The position numbers and the translations under genes are program-made. The notes under the pieces were generated by a model. The model was not told where the DNA came from. It saw only the letters and a program-made list of their open reading frames with translations, and did not search any database. From Rhina ancylostomus (Eukaryota), in the NCBI GenBank assembly GCA_030265395.1, contig JARFYF010000065.1:5840253-5904252 (forward strand): a stretch of DNA of 64,000 nt, written 5' to 3'. This document shows positions 63,626-64,000 of this stretch, one piece after another (the stretch's first letter is position 1; every line of letters starts with the position of its first letter).

Positions 63626-64000
63626 TGAGTCTGAGTTTTCTTTACCATCAGAACTCACAAGGTACAGTGTCGATGAGAGAGGCTATTTGGTCCTTCTATC
63701 TCAGGACAAAGCAGATGATCAACCTGTTGAAATGGAGTGACAACCAATAAAACTCAAAGGGTAAAATAAGTGGCAGCAAAAATAGGACCCAAGTAGTAAG
63801 CAGTTTAAATGGAATTGGCAGCTCTGTTGTGAAATGTTCCAGTATCACATGCCATTCTTCACTGGATAGCAAGAGGTAGGTACCTAGTGCCTCATACAGC
63901 ACAGAGAGAGATCATTTGATTAATCATGGCCCTGCTGGCTCTACTTTTCAATTAGTTCCACTTTCACGTGCTCGTTCCTCATAACTCATAAAGGAAACCT

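Noticed and set aside
1-64000. CRISPR arrays, tRNA/rRNA genes, snoRNAs, prokaryotic systems
   Set aside because: None recognisable by eye; the tRNA-like segments are SINE heads. A covariance-model search would be needed to exclude intronic ncRNAs.

Overview
Vertebrate genomic DNA, most likely a cartilaginous fish (shark or ray), judged from HE1-like tRNA SINEs, CR1/HER1-type LINEs, Rex1/Babar LINEs, Penelope-like fragments and a DeuSINE. The assembly has many N gaps. Two spliced genes converge tail to tail. On the + strand is the 3' part of WIZ (widely interspaced C2H2 zinc fingers; exons at about 1819-19055). On the - strand is nearly all of an AKAP8/AKAP8L-family gene: 12 coding exons from 58654 to 28539 with consistent splice phases, about 656 codons, start codon outside the window. 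The most unusual items are: (1) an intact, isolated 223-nt ABCA1/ABCA7-type exon with AG/GT splice sites, lying in sense orientation inside an AKAP8L intron, where inclusion would frameshift into a stop; (2) an extra C2H2-finger cassette exon in WIZ that the ORF track misses and that carries a ZNF644-like signature; (3) a palindromic Penelope-derived insert with a perfect 14-bp target duplication and two opposed hammerhead-like motifs. Homology calls rest on my recall of the human proteins; no database search was run. Repeat boundaries are approximate.
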